A DNA stretch of 31,155 bases, from assembly GCA_030587475.2 (NCBI GenBank), contig JAUQYZ020000031.1, forward strand, positions 1-31,155, read 5' to 3'. The position numbers and the translations under genes were made by a program. Shown here piece by piece: positions 26,405 to 31,155 of this stretch; within the stretch, counting starts at the first letter, position 1; every line of letters starts with the position of its first letter. Source of the stretch: Candidatus Sigynarchaeum calidifontis (GTDB lineage: Archaea > Asgardarchaeota > Lokiarchaeia > Sigyniarchaeales > Sigyniarchaeaceae). The notes under the pieces are model-generated. The model did no database searches. It saw only the letters and a program-made list of their open reading frames with translations, and had not been told where the DNA came from.

Positions 26405-27373
26405 ATGGCGAAAATCCAGAAGGAAATAAGCAAGCCGTTCAAAGAACGCATCCAGATGGGCTATGTCGAGCGAAGAACGGAACTCACCCCTGCCGAGCTA
26501 TCCTATGCCGTGCGGCTCTTCCGCGTGCAGTTCAATTCAATGATTAACAACTTATTGAAGAGCGTATCTATTCCAAGCGGATTCTCGTGGAAAAAGGTCG
26601 ATGCAAACGGGGTTTCCGCGGAATATCAAGAACCACGCGATGTTGATGGAAACAGGACGATCCTCTATATCCATGGTGGAGCTTTTTTTGTTGGTTCCGC
26701 GGCGGTTTATCGAAAATGTACCGCGGCAATGGCTGAACAATTCCACGCCCGCGTGTTAAGTATCGACTACCGTCTCGCGCCCGAGCATGCTTTTCCGGCA
26801 GCTCTAGATGATTGCATCATGGCTTACAAGTGGCTCCTTTCAAAAAACATCCGCCCCGAGGATATCATCATCGCCGGGGACTCTGCTGGTGGTACGCTGT
26901 GTCTCTCGACTCTGTTAAAGCTGAAGCAAGACGGCCTTCCAGAACCGAGGGCAGCCATCTGCTTTTCCCCTGCAACCGACTTCACCTACTCGGGCGCTTC
27001 ATGGACAAGCAATGCAAAAACAGATCCCATCATCCGGTTCATACCTTCATCATGTTATATCATATCTGTCATGTACGCGGGTAATGCGGAACCAACGAAC
27101 CCGCTGGTCTCCCCCCTCTTTGGGAATTACCGGGGGTTGCCTCCGATATTGATACAAGTCTCGAAAAATGAGATGCTTTATTCCGATGCAACTAGAGTGG
27201 CTGAGAAAGCTAAAAAAGATGGTGTAAACGTGACATTACAAGAATGGGAGGGCATGATTCACGTTTTCCAGTGCTTTGGAATCGGAACGAATTGGCCCGA
27301 GGTCTTTGATGCTTTGAGTAAGGTGAAGACGTTTATCGATGAGGTCTTTCAGGGCGAGCCCCCTCAAACTTGA
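26405..27373 (+). CDS. Alpha/beta hydrolase, HSL-family esterase
   Basis: HGGAF, DYRLAPEH.FPA, GDSAGG, E..YSD, GMIHVFQ. Start uncertain (26369 or 26405). Confidence 0.9.
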   Translation: MAKIQKEISKPFKERIQMGYVERRTELTPAELSYAVRLFRVQFNSMINNLLKSVSIPSGFSWKKVDANGVSAEYQEPRDVDGNRTILYIHGGAFFVGSAAVYRKCTAAMAEQFHARVLSIDYRLAPEHAFPAALDDCIMAYKWLLSKNIRPEDIIIAGDSAGGTLCLSTLLKLKQDGLPEPRAAICFSPATDFTYSGASWTSNAKTDPIIRFIPSSCYIISVMYAGNAEPTNPLVSPLFGNYRGLPPILIQVSKNEMLYSDATRVAEKAKKDGVNVTLQEWEGMIHVFQCFGIGTNWPEVFDALSKVKTFIDEVFQGEPPQT

Positions 27374-27401
27374 TCAGCAGCGCCTCATCTCCATTTCAAT
27401 A

Positions 27402-27872
27402 ATGGAACCTTTTCAGGATCAACCTAGCAGGAAGAATGCTTCAATGAATGTCCACAATCCCGCCGCTGGTTTACTAGGGCATTTTACAGAAATCAATCGG
27501 TATTGCGATTTATGCAGCATTGATCTGGAGGATGCAATACGGATGGCTCAAGAGCTAGATCGCATCCGGTCCACGTCTCTAAAGAACGAGAAAGCCATCG
27601 ATGCTTGGTGGCGAGAATTTTGTGGCACCCTCGCCAGCTTGCACGACCTTTACCTTGCTTTAATGCACCCGTCACCCGAAAATGAGCCAGCGAGAGACCA
27701 GGCACGGGACCTGGTAAAAAATGGCACCCGCCAGGGCAGCGAGTTATTCCAACCGCTAGCACCATTCATTTGCCAGCTCAACGCGGAGGATTTCCAAATC
27801 GTATCCGGGATTGCCACGGATTTATTCGATTCGATCATCTTGAAACTCTATTCTTTGTTAGGAAATGCTTGA
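27402..27872 (+). CDS. Hypothetical helical protein
   Basis: The only long ORF filling the gap; no recognised motif; start uncertain. Confidence 0.4.
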   Translation: MEPFQDQPSRKNASMNVHNPAAGLLGHFTEINRYCDLCSIDLEDAIRMAQELDRIRSTSLKNEKAIDAWWREFCGTLASLHDLYLALMHPSPENEPARDQARDLVKNGTRQGSELFQPLAPFICQLNAEDFQIVSGIATDLFDSIILKLYSLLGNA

Positions 27873-27987
27873 CTGGCTCTTATGATGGCTTCGAAATTCA
27901 ATGCAGTGAGATGAAGAAAAAAGGAACAATAGCCGACAAAGAGACTGACCTTTTCGTCAAGTTCAGGCAATTAAAAAATACATCTAT

Positions 27988-28146
27988 TTAGTCCAGAGCA
28001 AAGTCCGAGTAAAAATCAGCATTTTGATCGAATTCTTTCTTGCACATGTCCGAGCAGAAGTAGAAATCTCTTATTTTGTACCTCGTCCGACGGAATTCCT
28101 TCTCCGTGTCGATGGTCTTGTAGCATACAGGGTCGATTTCAGTCAT
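27988..28146 (-). CDS. YHS/TRASH metal-binding domain protein (52 aa)
   Basis: Manual translation MTEIDPVCYKTIDTEKEFRRTRYKIRDFYFCSDMCKKEFDQNADFYSDFALD with DPVC...Y....FYFCS..C...F..N. GGAGG upstream. Not in the ORF track. Confidence 0.85.
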   Translation of the reverse strand: MTEIDPVCYKTIDTEKEFRRTRYKIRDFYFCSDMCKKEFDQNADFYSDFALD

Positions 28147-28298
28147 TATCTTTCGATCCTCCGGTTTTATGAATTAAGCATTCGGGATATTTTTCCTAAT
28201 GACCATATTAATCCATTTGTCCTCCAATATATGCACAACCCTGGCTGTTTCGTTTATAACGAGAAAGAAATGGTATTATTAACCAGATTGTTATGTAG

Positions 28299-28320
28299 AA
28301 AAAGAAAAATTTTGCAAAAT
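28299..28320 (-). terminator. Palindrome ATTTTGCAAAAT followed by a T-tract after the MFS gene
   Basis: 12-bp palindrome at 28309-28320, then TTTTCTTTTT on the - strand. Confidence 0.5.
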
Positions 28321-28323
28321 GTC

Positions 28324-29718
28324 TTAATCATCTGCTTGTTCATAAATGCGTTTCAATGCTTCGATCTCCTCCTTGGACATCTTCACCTCGCCACGCTTGA
28401 CCCGCGTCATGAAGACGAACGCCAGCGCGAGGAAACCAAAGGCATACGGGAAAAGCAGGATATATCGAAGTTGACCCATGATCTCGTAGAAAATGGAGAA
28501 GAAGAGGCCCGCCACGACGGGGCTGATGATTGCCGACGCTGCGGAAAATAAATAATAGATGCCGGTATATGCCCCGATCCGGCCATCCGGCGCGAGCTGC
28601 CAGACGACCGTGATGCTGTTGATGTTGATCATGCTCCAGGCTATGCCGTAGATAATAATTATGCTTGCCAAGACAGTGAAGTTCGTGATGAAGATCAAGG
28701 CAAATATCGACGAGAGAATGATGATCAAGCCAATCTTGATGGTCTTGCGCCTGCCGATCTTCTCGGAAATGATGCCCGCCGGGATCGCGAATGCAATGAA
28801 TGCGACTGGCACGAGCAGCAGCAATAAACTGGCTTGTCCCGCCTTGATCCCGAGAACGTTGACGGCATATAATGAAAAGAAAGTCTCCACGGCGTTGGTC
28901 GCCATGAACCAGCTGAAAATCGCGAGCAGCATGAACAGCGCCGACTTTTCTTTTTCGCGGAAGAGCAAGACCGTGTTGCTTGTCGAGATTCGTTCCATCA
29001 GTCCTTGTTTCTCCTTTTTCTCTCCCCGTTCGATGTCTTCCGCGCGGTATTTCTTGATTTCCGTCCTGTCGGAGGCAAAATCCGGTCCGTATTTCGCCGA
29101 GAGCTCGGCCGTGATCTTTTGCTCGTTGACCGTGAGCACGACCACGATGAGGCACGCGAGCATGATGATGCCCGACACTGAAAAGGCGGTCGCTCCGGAA
29201 GGGTCATCGTCGAGCAAGAACGCGCCGATTAAATACGAGCTGATCGTCCCGACACCGCCCATCAAGTTGATGATGGCATTCCCCTTTGCCCGCACCTCGC
29301 TCGGCGTGAGATCGGGCATCAAAGCGACGACGGGTGCCCTGTAAAAGGCCATGGCTATGTTGAAGCACATGATAAGGATGATGAGGATAGCTAGATTTGG
29401 TGCATGTGGCATGAGGACGAACGATAAGACAGCACTCGGGATGCCGATCATGAGGTACGGGATACGTTTTCCAAATTTCGTTTTCGTTTTGTCCGACAAT
29501 GCCCCGAAATACGGTTGTAACAAGATGGCCGTTATGTTGTCGAGCACCATGATGACGCCGATGAAAAAATCCGCCCACGAGATGGCTGGCAAGAAATACG
29601 ACAGGATAAGCGGCATCTTCACGTTGTACAAGCTCCATGCGGCAGTGGTAAGAAAGCCAAAGCCGATCAAGAAGGTCCGGCCGTAGTTTAGCTTGACCCT
29701 TTCTACTTGCTGCGTCAT
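28324..29718 (-). CDS. MFS transporter, maltose/sucrose (MalT/SLC45-like GPH) type
   Basis: TFLIGFGF, LDNI....QP.FG.LSDKTKTKFGKRIPY, MAFYRAPVVALMPD..P...R.KGN.IINLMGG, G.YTG.YY; ~12 hydrophobic segments. Confidence 0.92.
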   Translation of the reverse strand: MTQQVERVKLNYGRTFLIGFGFLTTAAWSLYNVKMPLILSYFLPAISWADFFIGVIMVLDNITAILLQPYFGALSDKTKTKFGKRIPYLMIGIPSAVLSFVLMPHAPNLAILIILIMCFNIAMAFYRAPVVALMPDLTPSEVRAKGNAIINLMGGVGTISSYLIGAFLLDDDPSGATAFSVSGIIMLACLIVVVLTVNEQKITAELSAKYGPDFASDRTEIKKYRAEDIERGEKKEKQGLMERISTSNTVLLFREKEKSALFMLLAIFSWFMATNAVETFFSLYAVNVLGIKAGQASLLLLLVPVAFIAFAIPAGIISEKIGRRKTIKIGLIIILSSIFALIFITNFTVLASIIIIYGIAWSMININSITVVWQLAPDGRIGAYTGIYYLFSAASAIISPVVAGLFFSIFYEIMGQLRYILLFPYAFGFLALAFVFMTRVKRGEVKMSKEEIEALKRIYEQADD

Positions 29719-30212
29719 CACGCCTTCTCCTCCACCTTGCGATTTGCTATCAACAAGTACACGCACGTGGCACCGATTACCGAGGCAGCGATTGCCACGG
29801 CGATGGAAAGGATGAGCCCGCTGGTTCTCATGAACGTGTACTTCGCATAGAAGTCGATCTTGTTCCCCGTGTATCCAGCAGTCGCGTTAATCGTGATATT
29901 CAGAATCCAAGCAAATGGACGCGATCGCTCGTATGAATAGGTGGTAACATTCACGAGATCCAAATCAAAGAGCGGTGTCATGCCATCTGCCGCGATTTCG
30001 GTGAAATTTACATTTACCGTCGCGTTTTTTGCTTCAAAAAAGAACGAGATCCGCTCGTTAGCACCAAGTTCGAACGAATATTTGATCGGGTCATTGCCAA
30101 CCCCTTTCGCCTTCGGGATATCGAACACGAATCCCGCGACATTCGTGAACGTGAACGTTAACAGCATCGTGCACAAGAACGCCGTGATGGTTGCGATTTT
30201 GAATGGTCTCAT
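29718..30212 (-). CDS. Signal-peptide-bearing, C-terminally membrane-anchored beta-rich protein
   Basis: Hydrophobic N-terminus, five N-X-T sequons, C-terminal TM helix and short charged tail. TGATG overlap with the MFS gene. Confidence 0.75.
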   Translation of the reverse strand: MRPFKIATITAFLCTMLLTFTFTNVAGFVFDIPKAKGVGNDPIKYSFELGANERISFFFEAKNATVNVNFTEIAADGMTPLFDLDLVNVTTYSYERSRPFAWILNITINATAGYTGNKIDFYAKYTFMRTSGLILSIAVAIAASVIGATCVYLLIANRKVEEKA

Positions 30213-30303
30213 GGGTTTATTCCTCGCGAGTTAGCGACTTCCAAAAAATAAGTCTTCCATCGTATGATACCTCGCATCGATATTTCAAAATATCCTCAGT
30301 CGC

Positions 30304-31155
30304 TCATAACATGCCATGCTGCTTTACCGCCGTGATCATCGCTTGGACGTTTTCCAGCTTGGCCGAACCAGGAAGTATATCATTCGTGCCGAATATATAG
30401 CGTATGTCTTGTCTTTTACAACTGCTGACGATTTCCCTTGCCCTTTTCTCGACTTGCACAGGCGTGCTCTGGGAGAGCATCGACACGACGTCGAAATTGC
30501 CAATCGCACAAACCTCTTGCCCCCATGTCACGATGAATTCCTCGAGATACGGCGGTTCTGGATCCGTGATATGGATGGCATCGAATCCCGCGGCGACGAG
30601 CGTGTCCATGACGTTCAACACGTGGCCGGTTGTCCGGAAAAATGCTTTCCCGCCAGCGGAATGGATCTTGTCGACGAGCTGCTTGTATAACGGGCGAAGG
30701 TGCTTGAAGACGAGATCCGGCGTGATGCGGGGACGGCTTCCGACGGTAATCTCGTCAGCTACGAGAATGAAAGCGACCCTCGCCTCGAGCAGCGCGTTCA
30801 CGTCACTGTTCACCACGTCATATATTTTCTGAAGATGAAAATCTACGGTTTCTGGGTTGTCGTGGAGCAACGTCGCCATGTTTTCAACACCGATCGCCTC
30901 CTCGAGGATGGAATAGATGCCGTCGCAAGCCTTGAAAACCGGACAAATAGCATGCTTGTCGACCGCTTCGAGCGTTTCCTTGTAAACCTGCTCGTGCCAG
31001 CCAATCTTGACTTCGCGGGGTTTAACGTGATCCCAGCTCGCGAGCTGCTCTTTCGTGCGCAAAAAAGGACCTTGATACGAGAAACGTTCAACGCCTCCGG
31101 AGATATGCCGCTTGAACACTCCTCCATACATGTCGACGAGCAAGTCGTTGTCATC
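30304..31155 (-). CDS. URO-D/methyltransferase family protein, 5' end outside window
   Basis: VDMYG, GVEN....LHDNPE, ADEI......ITP......L.P.YK.LVD.IH, GFDAIH, IGNFD, AKLENVQAM. Frame is open to the window edge. Confidence 0.8.
   Translation of the reverse strand, partial: DDNDLLVDMYGGVFKRHISGGVERFSYQGPFLRTKEQLASWDHVKPREVKIGWHEQVYKETLEAVDKHAICPVFKACDGIYSILEEAIGVENMATLLHDNPETVDFHLQKIYDVVNSDVNALLEARVAFILVADEITVGSRPRITPDLVFKHLRPLYKQLVDKIHSAGGKAFFRTTGHVLNVMDTLVAAGFDAIHITDPEPPYLEEFIVTWGQEVCAIGNFDVVSMLSQSTPVQVEKRAREIVSSCKRQDIRYIFGTNDILPGSAKLENVQAMITAVKQHGML

Noticed and set aside
27912-27991. Short + strand ORF MKKKGTIADKETDLFVKFRQLKNTSI
   Set aside because: 26 aa, no motif or clear RBS; cannot be supported.
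1-31155. CRISPR arrays, tRNA/rRNA genes, IS elements, tandem repeats
   Set aside because: None recognised by eye and intergenic gaps are short. A covariance-model scan was not run.

Overview
Archaeal metabolic region. The archaeal AbrB-PhoU regulator, TATA-like promoters, methanogen-type HdrABC/MvhD, URO-D paralogues and SCP2 proteins suggest an Asgard (Lokiarchaeia/Sigynarchaeia-like) source, which is inference only. Left half: phoU/HAD, URO-D, flavodoxin, then a divergent pair of operons, each led by an SCP2 gene. One is a four-subunit benzoyl-CoA-reductase/2-hydroxyacyl-CoA-dehydratase-like set plus an SDR. The other is a PCMH/VAO-like flavoprotein, an HdrD/GlcF-like protein, a truncated ACS-beta homologue and CooC. 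Centre: a TudS-like gene, two tiny coupled helical ORFs and an Lrp regulator. The main feature is a ~10 kb same-strand cluster at 16221-26134: tusA-dsrE-dsrF-dsrH-dsrE2-hdrC-hdrB-hdrA-mvhD-[mvhG fused to a nickel-less remnant of a hydrogenase large subunit]-[FrhB with an inserted GltD/NfnB-like NAD(P)H module, split by one in-frame TAA]-tusA. It looks like a hydrogenase-free, NAD(P)H-coupled heterodisulfide-reductase complex linked to persulfide carriers. Right end: esterase, a 52-aa YHS protein missing from the ORF track, an MFS sugar transporter, a membrane-anchored protein and a partial URO-D. No rRNA, tRNA, CRISPR or IS was recognised by eye.
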